Shown here in pieces: positions 51,800-61,959 of a stretch of 64,000 bases of DNA. Under the pieces are notes generated by a model that searched no databases, was not told the origin of the DNA, and saw nothing but the letters and a program-made list of their open reading frames with translations. The DNA is taken from assembly GCA_963752505.1 (NCBI GenBank), contig CAVVYM010000006.1, positions 192,379-256,378 on the forward strand. The letters are read 5' to 3'. A program made the position numbers and the translations under genes. Each line of letters begins with the position of its first letter. The first letter of the stretch is position 1. This stretch comes from an uncultured Actinomycetes bacterium. GTDB taxonomy: Bacteria; Actinomycetota; Actinomycetes; S36-B12; UBA10799.

Positions 51800-52702
51800 A
51801 TGGACGCGCGCGATGTGCTCACTTTGGGCATCTGGCATCCGGCAACGGCACTGATGGACCGACTCAGTCCGACGCCGCAGGGCTCACGGATCCCGGCGAC
51901 TCCGGCCCCGGACTTCGCTGCCGGGCTAGCGTTCCACAGCCTCGGGCACGGCACTCCAGTAGTGCTGCTGCATGGCCTCGCGTCCAACCGCGGCGCCTTC
52001 AACCCGGTGTTCACCGAACTAGCCCGTCACCACCGGGTTATCGCGGTGGATCTGCCCGGCCACGGCGACTCGAACGCGCTTCATCCCGGCGAGCCGTTGA
52101 CTCCGCGCGCACAGGCCTTCGCGGTCGGAGAGTTCCTTGACACGTTGGGAATCGAACGAGCCCACCTGGTGGGAAATTCACTCGGCGGCTGGGTCGCCCT
52201 TGAACTCGCCGCAGACGGCCGCGCCCTCACGGTCACCGGACTGTGCCCTGCCGGCCTATGGCGGCCGCTGCGCAGTCGCAGCCCACTCCTTGAGTTCAAC
52301 CGTCACGCGGCCCAGGCAACCGGCATGCTGGGCGAGTTCCTCATGCTGATCCCCCAGCTGCGCGAACTCGTGTTCGCCGGGGCCCTCGCGCGGCCCTACC
52401 GGTTGGACTTTCCAACGGCGCGGGCGGCAATCGCGGCCCAACGCGTCGCCACCGGCTACGACGAAGCGCACGACGGCATCGTGGGTGCGAAGTTCGATCG
52501 AGCGCGCATGGTCACCGCAGAGGTTCCGGTCACCATCGCCTTCGGCGACGACGATCAGTTTCTGCCGGAATCCACCAGTCAGTTGCGCCACCTGGCACCA
52601 CTGCATTCCCGCTGGGTGGTGATGCCTCGGGTCGGACACGCTCCGATGTGGGACGACCCGGAGGGCACTGTCGCGCTGATTCGGTCCACCATCAGCGGCT
52701 GA
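51800..52702 (+). CDS. Alpha/beta hydrolase
   Basis: LLHGL, DLPGHG, GNSLGG, GHAPMWDDP; GGAGG RBS before ATG 51800. Confidence 0.9.
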   Translation: MDARDVLTLGIWHPATALMDRLSPTPQGSRIPATPAPDFAAGLAFHSLGHGTPVVLLHGLASNRGAFNPVFTELARHHRVIAVDLPGHGDSNALHPGEPLTPRAQAFAVGEFLDTLGIERAHLVGNSLGGWVALELAADGRALTVTGLCPAGLWRPLRSRSPLLEFNRHAAQATGMLGEFLMLIPQLRELVFAGALARPYRLDFPTARAAIAAQRVATGYDEAHDGIVGAKFDRARMVTAEVPVTIAFGDDDQFLPESTSQLRHLAPLHSRWVVMPRVGHAPMWDDPEGTVALIRSTISG

Positions 52703-52715
52703 ATCACCGTCTACC

Positions 52716-53453
52716 ATGCCAATCGTGGGCGATTCCCTGGTTCAGATGTACGTCTGGCGGGTTCCGTCCCGTCGACTGCCGAACGCCCTGGCGCGCATGG
52801 CGGGTGGCCGCCGAGCACTGCGGCGGGTACCCGGAGTCGCCTTCGCGAAACTGTTGGGCACCGGATCAGGCGACACTTTCACCACGCGGGATGCCGACCT
52901 CAATCACTGGGCCATGCTCGCCGTGTGCGACACGACCGAATCTGCCGACGGACTCGCTGCATCATCGATCGTGCGGTCCTGGGCGGAGATCGCCGAGGAG
53001 TCCCTGCGAATCGACCTGACCCCACTGATCAGCAGGGGCCAGTGGAGCAGGCAGGAGCCGTTCGCAGTGGACCATCCGCCGAGGCGCTGGGATGGGCCGG
53101 TGGCCGCACTCACCCGCGCGCGCATCAGGCCCCGCATGTGGCGCCGTTTCTGGTCGCAGGTGCCGCCGGTGGCCGACGACCTGCGCGGCCGATCCGGACT
53201 GGTTCTCAGCCTGGGTATCGGGGAAGCCCCGGTCGGACTGCAGGGAACTTTCAGCGTCTGGGAATCGAACGCCGCACTGACCGAATTCGCCCAACGCGGC
53301 CAAGCCCACCGGGACGTGATCGCCGCGACCGGACGGCTGAACTGGTACGCCGAGGAATTGTTCGCACGCTTCGCCGTCACCGGTAGCCGAGGTAGCTTCA
53401 ACGGAGTGGCCATCGAGGCGCCACCAACGTCCGGGGGCCCCGCACCGTCATGA
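52716..53453 (+). CDS. crtA: Spheroidene monooxygenase-like protein
   Basis: FAKLLGTGSG, GIGEAPVGLQGTFSVW, AHRDVI, WYAEELFARF. Confidence 0.8.
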   Translation: MPIVGDSLVQMYVWRVPSRRLPNALARMAGGRRALRRVPGVAFAKLLGTGSGDTFTTRDADLNHWAMLAVCDTTESADGLAASSIVRSWAEIAEESLRIDLTPLISRGQWSRQEPFAVDHPPRRWDGPVAALTRARIRPRMWRRFWSQVPPVADDLRGRSGLVLSLGIGEAPVGLQGTFSVWESNAALTEFAQRGQAHRDVIAATGRLNWYAEELFARFAVTGSRGSFNGVAIEAPPTSGGPAPS

Positions 53454-54262
53454 CGTCCCTCGCCACCCGACTGCCGTGGGTCTTCACCTGCGCCGCAATC
53501 CTGGCCCAAATCGCGTGGCCGCTCACGAGCGGCACCGGTCGCGTGATCAACACCACCGTCGTCGTGGTGCTGTTCGCTGCCGCGTCGGTAAGCCACGCCG
53601 CAACGCAGCGGGGGTGGCGATGGGCTGTCGGCTACACCGCGATCGCGCTGGCGATCGGCCTCGGTGTGGAGGTGCTCGGCACTGGCACCGGGTTCCCCTT
53701 CTCGGCCTACGAATACACCGAAACGCTCCAGCCGCAGGTGCTTGGCGTGCCGGTATTGATCCCGCTGGCCTGGACGATGATGGCGTACCCGGCTTGGTTG
53801 GTCGGTCGTCGTCTGACCGGCGGTCGAGCGGTCCCCGGGATCATCGTGGGTGCCTACGCCCTCGCATCGTGGGACGTCTTCCTCGACCCGCAGATGGTGG
53901 GAGAGAACTACTGGGTGTGGCTCTCCGAGGGTCGGGGGCTGCCCGGGATCGACAACATTCCGCTGGCCAACTACGCCGGGTGGCTGCTGGTGTCGCTCGT
54001 GCTGATCGGCGCCATCACACTGCTCCCCACCGACCGGGTTGTGCGTCCCTGGTCTGCCGCCGATGAGGGCGTGCCCGCGGTGTTGTATGGCTGGACGTGG
54101 CTCGGCGGAATCGTCGCCAATGCGGCCTTCCTCGGCCGGCCGGCCGTGGCCCTCTGGGGCGGCCTGATCATGGCTGTGGTCGCGGTGCCCTACTTCTCCA
54201 GCGTCATCCGCGACGGTCGCGGTAACCGCGTCGCCCACCCGACATCTGCGATGCAGGACTGA
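53450..54262 (+). CDS. cruF: Carotenoid 1',2'-hydratase (CruF/DUF422 family)
   Basis: EVLGTGTGFPFSAYEY, GVPVLIPLAW, WDVFLDP, IPLANYAGW. Confidence 0.82.
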   Translation: MTSLATRLPWVFTCAAILAQIAWPLTSGTGRVINTTVVVVLFAAASVSHAATQRGWRWAVGYTAIALAIGLGVEVLGTGTGFPFSAYEYTETLQPQVLGVPVLIPLAWTMMAYPAWLVGRRLTGGRAVPGIIVGAYALASWDVFLDPQMVGENYWVWLSEGRGLPGIDNIPLANYAGWLLVSLVLIGAITLLPTDRVVRPWSAADEGVPAVLYGWTWLGGIVANAAFLGRPAVALWGGLIMAVVAVPYFSSVIRDGRGNRVAHPTSAMQD

Positions 54263-54272
54263 CGGGCCCGCC

Positions 54273-55466
54273 ATGACCGCTCACCTGCCCCGTCGACGAA
54301 CCGCCTGGCGTATCTCGCTCGCGGCCGCTGCGATCCTCGCCGGCGTCGGCACGCTGAACAGCCTGCGCAATCTGCGTGTGGTTCCCGCTCCCCCGGCCGA
54401 CACTCCGACAACTGCCCGGCAGCGGGAGAGCATCACCGATTCAGTCTCGATTCTGCTTCCCCTGCGCGATGAAGCGCACCGGGTCGAGCCCTGCCTGGCC
54501 GCGCTGGCCGCCCAGGATTGCAGCGAGATCATCGTGCTCGACGACAACTCCAGCGACGGCACCGCTGAGGTCGTGCGCAGGGTGCTCGGTGGCGATGCGC
54601 GGCTGCGTCTCCTCGAAGACGGATCCGAACCACCAGCTGGCTGGCTCGGAAAGACCTGGGCCTGCGCCCGCCTCGCGGCGCAGGCAACCGGCCAGGTACT
54701 GGTCTTCGTCGACGCTGACGTCGTGCTCAGCCCCGACGCTACGCTGCAGGCCCGCAGGATGCTCGAACGTGCCGACTACGACGTCATCTGCCCGTATCCG
54801 CGACAAGTGGCGGTCGGGATCATCGGCCGATTGGTACAGCCCCTGCTCGAGTGGTCGTGGCTGACGACGCTGGTGCTCGACCGCGCCGCCACCAGCACCC
54901 GGCCGAGCACCGCGACCGGCAACGGGCAGTTCCTCATGATTCGACGTCGCGCCTACGCCGCCGCCGGTGGTCACAGTGCCGTGCGATCCGACGTGATCGA
55001 AGACGTCGCACTCGTACGAGCAGTCAAGCGAGTCGGCGGAACAGGCGGGATGGCCGACGGGTCGCTGCTGGCAACCTGCCGGATGTACGACTCCGACCAG
55101 GAATTGATAGCCGGCTACACCAAGAGCCTGTGGTCCGCCTTCGGCTCCGTGCCGGGGGCAGTCGGCGCTGTCGGGATGATGGGCATGGTCTACCTCATGC
55201 CGGCCATCGCGGTGCTCGTGGGGCCGACTCGAACCGAGCGCCTGCTCGGCCTCGCCGGCTACGGTGCCGCTGCGGCGGGCCGCGTAGCGGTGGCTCGGCG
55301 CACAGGCCAACGGGTGGTGCCCGATGCGCTGGCGCATCCGTTCAGCATCGCTGCGTTCGCCGGACTGGTCGCCACATCGTTTCGCCGTCGACGGGCCGGG
55401 CAACTCAGCTGGCGAGGTCGTCCGGTGGTCGTGGTGCCGCGTGGTACCGGGGGGCCTCGCCCGTGA
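54273..55466 (+). CDS. GT2 glycosyltransferase (carotenoid glycosyltransferase, CruG-like)
   Basis: PLRDE, DDNSSDGT, PAGWLGKTWAC, FVDAD, NGQF, IEDV, CRMY, WRGR. Confidence 0.85.
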   Translation: MTAHLPRRRTAWRISLAAAAILAGVGTLNSLRNLRVVPAPPADTPTTARQRESITDSVSILLPLRDEAHRVEPCLAALAAQDCSEIIVLDDNSSDGTAEVVRRVLGGDARLRLLEDGSEPPAGWLGKTWACARLAAQATGQVLVFVDADVVLSPDATLQARRMLERADYDVICPYPRQVAVGIIGRLVQPLLEWSWLTTLVLDRAATSTRPSTATGNGQFLMIRRRAYAAAGGHSAVRSDVIEDVALVRAVKRVGGTGGMADGSLLATCRMYDSDQELIAGYTKSLWSAFGSVPGAVGAVGMMGMVYLMPAIAVLVGPTRTERLLGLAGYGAAAAGRVAVARRTGQRVVPDALAHPFSIAAFAGLVATSFRRRRAGQLSWRGRPVVVVPRGTGGPRP

Positions 55467-56145
55467 CCGCAGCCCAGAGCCGGGTGCCGTACTCGAAGTG
55501 CCACCATTCCCTGGCCAGCACCACGAATCCCTCGCTACTCATGGCCGCGTAGAGCAGCCGCCGCAACTGCCGGGCCGTCGAATCAGCGGGTGACGCCGGA
55601 CTCACGTGCTCCAGCGCAGCGGCGAACGCACGCTCGGTGAACTCGTCGAAGTCCGTGCCGAGGCCAAGAGCCTGGCCCTCGAAGGTCAAAGTGAGGTCGA
55701 CCGTGCCGCCGGTGCTGTGCGGGGTAGGTCTGCGTGGATCACCCGACGGCCTCGCCACGAACCCCACCGGTAGTCCCGGTTGCGCGTAGGCACGGTCGTA
55801 GAGGAACTGCTGCAACCGCGGGTCGCGCCAAGCATCGAAAACGGCGATTCCGAATGGTTCGGGCAGCCTCGCGGCGGCCGCTGTGAGCCGCTCGACCGCG
55901 CCCGACCGCAGGTAGGCGCCATCGACGGCGTAGGGGAATCCGTGCCGCGCATACACCGCAACGTTGTGGACTCCGTCGAGGCGTACCAGCGGCTCACCGT
56001 CACCGACAGCGTCATCGCCAACCGCAGGCAGCGGCCCTGCCCCGACCTCATCGGCATCCAACAGCGTGGGCAGCGGATCGACGATGACCTCGGTGGCCGC
56101 CGCGAGGGGGTGACCGGGCACCGTGGCCCACGCGTATTCGGACAT
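55405..56145 (-). CDS. D-Ala-D-Ala dipeptidase (VanX/M15D family)
   Basis: VFDAWR, PHSTGGTVDLTL, GTDFDEF, EWWHFEYG. Confidence 0.88.
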   Translation of the reverse strand: MSEYAWATVPGHPLAAATEVIVDPLPTLLDADEVGAGPLPAVGDDAVGDGEPLVRLDGVHNVAVYARHGFPYAVDGAYLRSGAVERLTAAAARLPEPFGIAVFDAWRDPRLQQFLYDRAYAQPGLPVGFVARPSGDPRRPTPHSTGGTVDLTLTFEGQALGLGTDFDEFTERAFAAALEHVSPASPADSTARQLRRLLYAAMSSEGFVVLAREWWHFEYGTRLWAAVTGEAPRYHAAPRPPDDLAS

Positions 56146-56188
56146 GGGCACATCGTGCCGCATCGGAGGGCTCTGGCACGCTGGGGGC

Positions 56189-57682
56189 GTGGCACGCATC
56201 GTGGTGGTTGGCGCCGGCATGGGCGGCATGGCGGTGGCGGCGCGGCTCTCCGTGAAGGGGCACGCCGTGACGATCCTGGAGCAGGGTGACACCTACGGGG
56301 GGAAGCTCGGCTCCTACCGCCGCGATGGTTTCGCGTTCGACACCGGGCCCAGCCTGCTCACGTTGCCTGCGGTGTACCGCGATCTGTTCATCAAGACCGG
56401 CCGCTCCGAACTCGATGATGTGGTCGACCTACGGCCCGTCGAACCCGGCTTTGCCTACACCTGGGCCGATGGCACGCGCGCGGAACTCCCCGGCGCGGGA
56501 GCCGGGGCTGTTGCGGCCGCCCTCGGCGACGCCCTCGGGGGTTCAGCCGCCGACGACTGGAAGGCGTTGATGCGCCGTGCAGCCGCCGTGTGGCGCCTGA
56601 CCCGACGTCCGGTGCTGGAATCGCCGTTGACCAGCCTGCGTGACCTGCTCCCCCTGGCGCGCAGCGCCTCGGACATTCGCCTGGTCGCCCCCTGGCAAAC
56701 GCTGCGCCGGGCGGGCACGTCACAACTGCGCGACCCGCGCCTGGTCACCCTGCTTGACCGCTACGCGACCTACACCGGATCTGACCCGCGCAAAGCACCT
56801 GCGGCCTTGATCACCGTGCCCTATGTGGAGCAGGCTTTCGGGGCCTGGCACATCGGCGGCGGGATCCGCATGCTCGCCGACGCGCTCTACGCGCGCCTGC
56901 TCGAGCGTTCGGTCAACGTCGAATTCGGTGCGCCGGTGAGCCGAATCGAAACTGCTGGTGGACAGGTGCAGGCCGTGCACACCGCGAATGGGCAGCGCCT
57001 CGAAGCCGACGTTGTCGTGGCGAACGCCGACGCCACCGCGGTCTATTCGACGTTGGTCGATGATCCTGCCGCCCGGCCGGCCGCCCGATCTCTGGCCAAA
57101 GCGACGCCGTCGTTCTCCGGGTTCGTTCTACTGCTTGCCGTGAAGGGACGCACACCGGGCCTGGAACACCACAACGTCTGGTTTCCGGCCGACTACGACG
57201 CCGAGTTCGACTCACTGTTCGGCCGTGGCGCCAAGCCGGTGGAGGATCCGACCATCTACGTGTGCTCGCCGCACGACGACCTCATGCGTCCGGATGCGGA
57301 CCACGAATCCTGGTTCGTGCTGGTCAATGCACCGCGCCAGGGCACCGGACCGGGCTGCATCGACTGGCGCGCGCCGGGACTGGCGCAGTCCTACGCCGAC
57401 CACCTCATTGGCGTCATGGCGCGACGCGGCATCGACGTCGGCGATCGTCTGCTGTGGCGTGTGATTCGCACTCCCGCGGACCTTGAGGAGGAAGCGGCGG
57501 CTCCGGGCGGCGCCATCTACGGCACGTCCTCGAACGGCACCCGCGCTGCCTTTCTGCGCCCTGCCAACGAATCGCCGGTCAAGGGATTGTTCCTGGTGGG
57601 CGGATCCTCGCACCCCGGCGGCGGTTTGCCGCTGGTTGGGATGAGCGCGGAGATCGTCGCCAACCTCATCGGCCGGGCGTGA
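56189..57682 (+). CDS. Phytoene desaturase-family enzyme (probable CrtD-like 3',4'-desaturase)
   Basis: VVVGAGMGG, FDTGPSLLTLP, RYATYTGSDP, GGAIYG, VGGSSHPGGGLP. Confidence 0.85.
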   Translation: MARIVVVGAGMGGMAVAARLSVKGHAVTILEQGDTYGGKLGSYRRDGFAFDTGPSLLTLPAVYRDLFIKTGRSELDDVVDLRPVEPGFAYTWADGTRAELPGAGAGAVAAALGDALGGSAADDWKALMRRAAAVWRLTRRPVLESPLTSLRDLLPLARSASDIRLVAPWQTLRRAGTSQLRDPRLVTLLDRYATYTGSDPRKAPAALITVPYVEQAFGAWHIGGGIRMLADALYARLLERSVNVEFGAPVSRIETAGGQVQAVHTANGQRLEADVVVANADATAVYSTLVDDPAARPAARSLAKATPSFSGFVLLLAVKGRTPGLEHHNVWFPADYDAEFDSLFGRGAKPVEDPTIYVCSPHDDLMRPDADHESWFVLVNAPRQGTGPGCIDWRAPGLAQSYADHLIGVMARRGIDVGDRLLWRVIRTPADLEEEAAAPGGAIYGTSSNGTRAAFLRPANESPVKGLFLVGGSSHPGGGLPLVGMSAEIVANLIGRA

Positions 57683-57693
57683 CCGACGCACCG

Positions 57694-58365
57694 TCAGGCG
57701 CTGTTGCCGTTGAGCCGCCGGCGAATCGTAGCGAGCACCTGACCGGTGCCGACCGTAGCCAGCCCCAACGCCACTGCGGCACCGACGACAGCCAACAGCA
57801 CGACGTCGCCGCCGTAGAGACCGTCCGCAAAGAGAAACATCCCGACAACGAGAACACGGCTGGGGCGCTCCCACACACTCACCACGCCGATCTCGCTCAT
57901 GCCCGCGGACCCGGCACGGGCCCTGGCGTACTCCTGCAGGAACGTGAGAACCGCGGCGAGGGCACACACCCACGCTGGCGCCCCCGCCAGCCACAGGGCG
58001 AAGAGGAAGAGCATGTCCGCCACGCGGTCCACCACTGAGTCGTAGACATAGCCCCAGGTCGTGGTGCGCGACGTCATCACAGCCACGGCACCGTCGAGGT
58101 TGTCGACCAACCCGGACACGAGCACGAGAACTCCGGCCAGAACCAACCACCGGCCACCCGCCCAAGTCGCGAACACCGCGCCAGCAACGATGACGAGTCC
58201 GCCGGTGGTCACTGCGTTCGGCGACGCCCGCACGGCCACCAACGGCCGCGCCAGGGCGTGCACCACCGACAGCCAGAAGTGCACCAGCCGATTCGACGCC
58301 GGATCCATGCCGCCGTGAAGGTCAGCCCAGCGGCGCAGGTACTCCTCTCGGCTCATCACGGGCAT
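57694..58365 (-). CDS. CDP-alcohol phosphatidyltransferase family protein
   Basis: SPNAVT, DNLDGAVA...WGYVYDSVVDRVAD, YARARA; coupled to the metF stop. Confidence 0.9.
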   Translation of the reverse strand: MPVMSREEYLRRWADLHGGMDPASNRLVHFWLSVVHALARPLVAVRASPNAVTTGGLVIVAGAVFATWAGGRWLVLAGVLVLVSGLVDNLDGAVAVMTSRTTTWGYVYDSVVDRVADMLFLFALWLAGAPAWVCALAAVLTFLQEYARARAGSAGMSEIGVVSVWERPSRVLVVGMFLFADGLYGGDVVLLAVVGAAVALGLATVGTGQVLATIRRRLNGNSA

Positions 58366-59246
58366 CAGCGCGCTTCGAGTCCCAACTCCCGGAACACCTG
58401 CAGGGTGGAGTTTGACCGGTTCAGGGTGTAGAAGTGCAACCCAGGAGCACCTTCGTCCAACAAGTTCTGACACATCTGCGCAGCCACTTCGACCCCGAGG
58501 TCGATCACTGCCTCGGAGTCATCGCCCAGGGCCAGGAATCGCTCGGCCAGTGCGGTGGGGAACGCTGCGCCGGAGAGTTTGGCGAACCGCTGGATCTGGC
58601 TCACGTTCGTGACAGGCATGATGCCGGGCAGGATCGGCATGTCGACGCCAATCTGCGCCGCGCGCTCCACCAGCCGGAAGTAGTCCGCGGCGTCGAAGAA
58701 GAACTGGGAAATGGCGAAGTCCGCCCCCGCCTCCTGCTTGCGCAGGAGCACCTTCGCATCGTCATCCAGGCTGGAGGCCTCGGGGTGACCCTCCGGGAAC
58801 GCCGCGACTCCCACGGTGAAATCCCCGCGACTCTCCACCAACGTTACGAGTTCGTCCGCGTGCTCGAGCCCACCCGGATGCGATTCCCATGGTGCATCGA
58901 GGCCGCCGGGCGGGTCGCCGCGCAGCGCCAGCACATGATGGACACCCGCCGCCGAGTAGGCATCGACTATCTCGGTGAGTTCGTCGCGGGTGGACCCAAC
59001 ACAGGTGAGGTGGCCCACGGGCAGCAGATCCGTCTCTTGCGCGATTCGGCCGGTCAGGCGGATCGTGCGGTCGCGGGTGGATCCGCCTGCACCGTAGGTG
59101 ACCGAGACGAAGGTCGGCGCCAGGTGATGGAGATCATTGATGGTGTGCCAGAGGTTGCGCTCTCCCACGTCAGTTTTCGGGGGGAAGAATTCGAACGAAA
59201 AGGACTTCCCGCCCTCCGCAACATGCTGGGCAACTGAGAAAGACAT
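58365..59246 (-). CDS. metF: 5,10-methylenetetrahydrofolate reductase
   Basis: SFEFFPPKT, SVTYGAGG, HLTCV, LALRGDPP, SQFFF, LHFYTLNR. Confidence 0.97.
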   Translation of the reverse strand: MSFSVAQHVAEGGKSFSFEFFPPKTDVGERNLWHTINDLHHLAPTFVSVTYGAGGSTRDRTIRLTGRIAQETDLLPVGHLTCVGSTRDELTEIVDAYSAAGVHHVLALRGDPPGGLDAPWESHPGGLEHADELVTLVESRGDFTVGVAAFPEGHPEASSLDDDAKVLLRKQEAGADFAISQFFFDAADYFRLVERAAQIGVDMPILPGIMPVTNVSQIQRFAKLSGAAFPTALAERFLALGDDSEAVIDLGVEVAAQMCQNLLDEGAPGLHFYTLNRSNSTLQVFRELGLEAR

Positions 59247-59315
59247 GGTGGCAAGGATACGCCGCCCATCGACTGTCTGCGTGCTCCCGCCAACGGTGCG
59301 CCGTAGGCTGGGGCC

Positions 59316-60395
59316 ATGACGGCCTCCGACCGCCCCTCCCCGCTGGACACCGAAGATCTTCGTACTCGCGTTGGCAAATCACTGCACTCCTTCTTGGCCA
59401 GCCAGGTGGACGTACTCGACGGTGTGTCCTCCGACGTGTCGCCGCTGTCCGAATCGGTCACCGAACTGCTGGCCGGCGGGAAGCGACTCCGGCCGGCGTT
59501 CTGCTACTGGGGATGGCGCGGCGCGGGCGGCGAGGACGCCCCGGCCGCCCTCGAGGCAGCTGCGTCGTTGGAGTTCCTGCAGGCCTGCGCCCTGATCCAC
59601 GACGACGTCATGGATGGATCCGACACCCGGCGCGGGATGCCCGCCGTGCATCGCCGGTTCGCCTCACTGCACCGCGGCAACTCCTGGCTGGGTTCATCGG
59701 AGGCGTTCGGCGTCGGCTCGGCGATCCTGGTCGGCGACCTGTGCCTGTCGTGGGCCGACCAGATGTTGTTGAGCAGCGGCCTCCCTGCCGATGCCCTTGC
59801 TCGCGGCAAGCCCGTCTACGACGAGATGCGCGTCGAATTGATGGCCGGGCAGTACCTCGACCTGTTGGAGCAGGCGCGCGGCGGCGGCTCAGTGGAGCGC
59901 GCGATGAGGGTGGTGCGATACAAGTCTGCCAAGTACACCATCGAGCGCCCGCTGCACCTCGGGGCCGCGTTGGCAGGGGCCCCACGCCACGTGGTGGATG
60001 CCTACAGTGCCTACGGCCTTCCACTCGGTGCCGCGTTCCAACTGCGCGACGATGTGCTCGGCGTGTTCGGCGATCCAGAGGTGACTGGCAAGCCCGCCGG
60101 CGACGACTTGCGCGAGGGTAAACGCACGGTGCTCGTGGCTCGGGCTCTCGAATCGGCCTCACCCGGCCAGGCCCACGTGCTGCGCACCTACCTCGGCGAT
60201 CCCTCCCTGGACGCGATGCACATCGACCAGATGCGCGAGATCATTGTCGACACCGGCGCTCTGGCTCAGGTAGAGGGACTGATCGGCGAACTGGCGGACG
60301 AGGCCCACACTGCCATCGCCGAAGTCGACCTCAATCCGCCTGCGACTGAAGTCCTCACCGATCTCATCGTGGCTGCAACCTCAAGGAAGGTGTGA
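59316..60395 (+). CDS. crtE: Polyprenyl (geranylgeranyl) diphosphate synthase
   Basis: GGKRLRP, LIHDDVMD...RRG, GQYLD, YKSAKY, FQLRDD, DDLREGK. Confidence 0.88.
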   Translation: MTASDRPSPLDTEDLRTRVGKSLHSFLASQVDVLDGVSSDVSPLSESVTELLAGGKRLRPAFCYWGWRGAGGEDAPAALEAAASLEFLQACALIHDDVMDGSDTRRGMPAVHRRFASLHRGNSWLGSSEAFGVGSAILVGDLCLSWADQMLLSSGLPADALARGKPVYDEMRVELMAGQYLDLLEQARGGGSVERAMRVVRYKSAKYTIERPLHLGAALAGAPRHVVDAYSAYGLPLGAAFQLRDDVLGVFGDPEVTGKPAGDDLREGKRTVLVARALESASPGQAHVLRTYLGDPSLDAMHIDQMREIIVDTGALAQVEGLIGELADEAHTAIAEVDLNPPATEVLTDLIVAATSRKV

Positions 60396-60396
60396 C

Positions 60397-61959
60397 ATGG
60401 CGTCACTCAAGCGTTGGCTGCCGGGACCCCCTCGGACCGTGTCCGGGCCGACTGATCGCGTCGTGGTCGTCGGCGCGGGGCTCGCGGGACTCTCCACGGC
60501 GATGAGGCTGGCCGGCGCCGGTCGCGAGGTCACGGTGTTGGAAAGGGAGGCCGTCCCGGGCGGACGGGCCGGCCTGATTGAGGATTCCGGCTACCGATTC
60601 GACACTGGCCCCACAGTGTTGACGATGCCGGATCTGATCGCCGATGCCTTCGACTGCCTCGACGAGGAGATGTCCGACTGGCTCCAACTCGAACCGGTCA
60701 ATCCGCTGTACCGGGCCTACTACCCCGACGGCTCCCAACTCGACGTCCACTCTGACACCGAGGCAATGACCGAGGAGATCGAGCGGGTGATCGGTCCCGG
60801 TGAGGCCGCGGGTTACCGACGCTACGTCGACTTCGTCTCGAGCCTCTACCAGTACGAGATGCGCGACTTCATCGACCGCAACATCGACTCGCCCCTCGAT
60901 CTGCTCACCCCGGACCTCGCCCGACTGGTTGCGATCGGCGGATTCCGCAAACTCGCACCGAAGGTGGAGCAGTTCCTGCAGGATCCGCGCACCCAGCGGG
61001 TTTACAGTTTCCAGGCCATGTACGCCGGGCTCTCGCCCTATGACGCCCTGGCCATCTACGCCGTGATCGCCTACATGGACTCCGTGGCCGGGGTCTTCTT
61101 CCCCAAGGGCGGCATGCACGCGGTGCCGAGGGCCATGGCGGCAGCCGCCGAGAAGCACGGGGTGACGTTTCGCTACAACACTGAAGTGATCCGGGTTGAC
61201 CTCGACGGCGATCGCGCCACTGGCGTCATCACCGCCGATGGTGAGCGGATCCCGGCTGACGTAGTCGTGCTCAATCCCGACCTTCCCGTGGCCTATCGAG
61301 ATCTACTCGGCACAGAGCCGTGGTCCGTGCGGCGCCTCAACTACTCCCCTTCCTGCGCCTTGTTGCTCGCCGGGTCCGGGGAGCACTACTCGAAGATCGC
61401 CCATCACAACATCCACTTCGGCCGATCGTGGGAAGGCGTCTTCACCGATCTGATCGACGCCGGGAAACTGATGACCGACCCCAGCCTGCTGGTGACCAAC
61501 CCAAGTCGCAGCGACCCGAGTTTGGCGCCCGACGGCAAGGAGATCTACTACGTCCTGTTCCCCACGCCGAACCTCGATGCCGGTATCGATTGGGCATCGG
61601 AAGGGCCCCGCTACCGAGACGAGATGATCGCAACCCTGGAGGCTCGCGGCTACGTGGGCTTCGGCGATGCCATCGAGGTGGAGCACCTCACCACGCCCCA
61701 GGACTGGGCGGATCGTGGAATGGAACGTGGCGCACCGTTCGCCGCTGCGCATTCGTTCGGCCAGACCGGACCGTTCCGCCCGGGCAACCTGTGGGGACGC
61801 AACGTGGTGTTCACGGGTTCCGGGACGCAGCCTGGCGTCGGTGTTCCGATGGTGCTCATTTCGGGTCGCTTGGCCGCCGAACGGATCACCGGCCTCGACC
61901 GCTCCTACTCGTCCCGCGCAATGCGGCATGCCCCGCAATCCAGCAGAATCAGCCCATGA
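60397..61959 (+). CDS. crtI: Phytoene desaturase
   Basis: VVGAGLAG, FDTGPTVLTMP, FQAMYAG, FGQTGPFRP, QPGVGVPMVLISG. Confidence 0.92.
   Translation: MASLKRWLPGPPRTVSGPTDRVVVVGAGLAGLSTAMRLAGAGREVTVLEREAVPGGRAGLIEDSGYRFDTGPTVLTMPDLIADAFDCLDEEMSDWLQLEPVNPLYRAYYPDGSQLDVHSDTEAMTEEIERVIGPGEAAGYRRYVDFVSSLYQYEMRDFIDRNIDSPLDLLTPDLARLVAIGGFRKLAPKVEQFLQDPRTQRVYSFQAMYAGLSPYDALAIYAVIAYMDSVAGVFFPKGGMHAVPRAMAAAAEKHGVTFRYNTEVIRVDLDGDRATGVITADGERIPADVVVLNPDLPVAYRDLLGTEPWSVRRLNYSPSCALLLAGSGEHYSKIAHHNIHFGRSWEGVFTDLIDAGKLMTDPSLLVTNPSRSDPSLAPDGKEIYYVLFPTPNLDAGIDWASEGPRYRDEMIATLEARGYVGFGDAIEVEHLTTPQDWADRGMERGAPFAAAHSFGQTGPFRPGNLWGRNVVFTGSGTQPGVGVPMVLISGRLAAERITGLDRSYSSRAMRHAPQSSRISP

Noticed and set aside
55405-56145. 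Vancomycin resistance cluster
   Set aside because: Only a VanX-family gene is present; no vanH, vanA, vanR or vanS.
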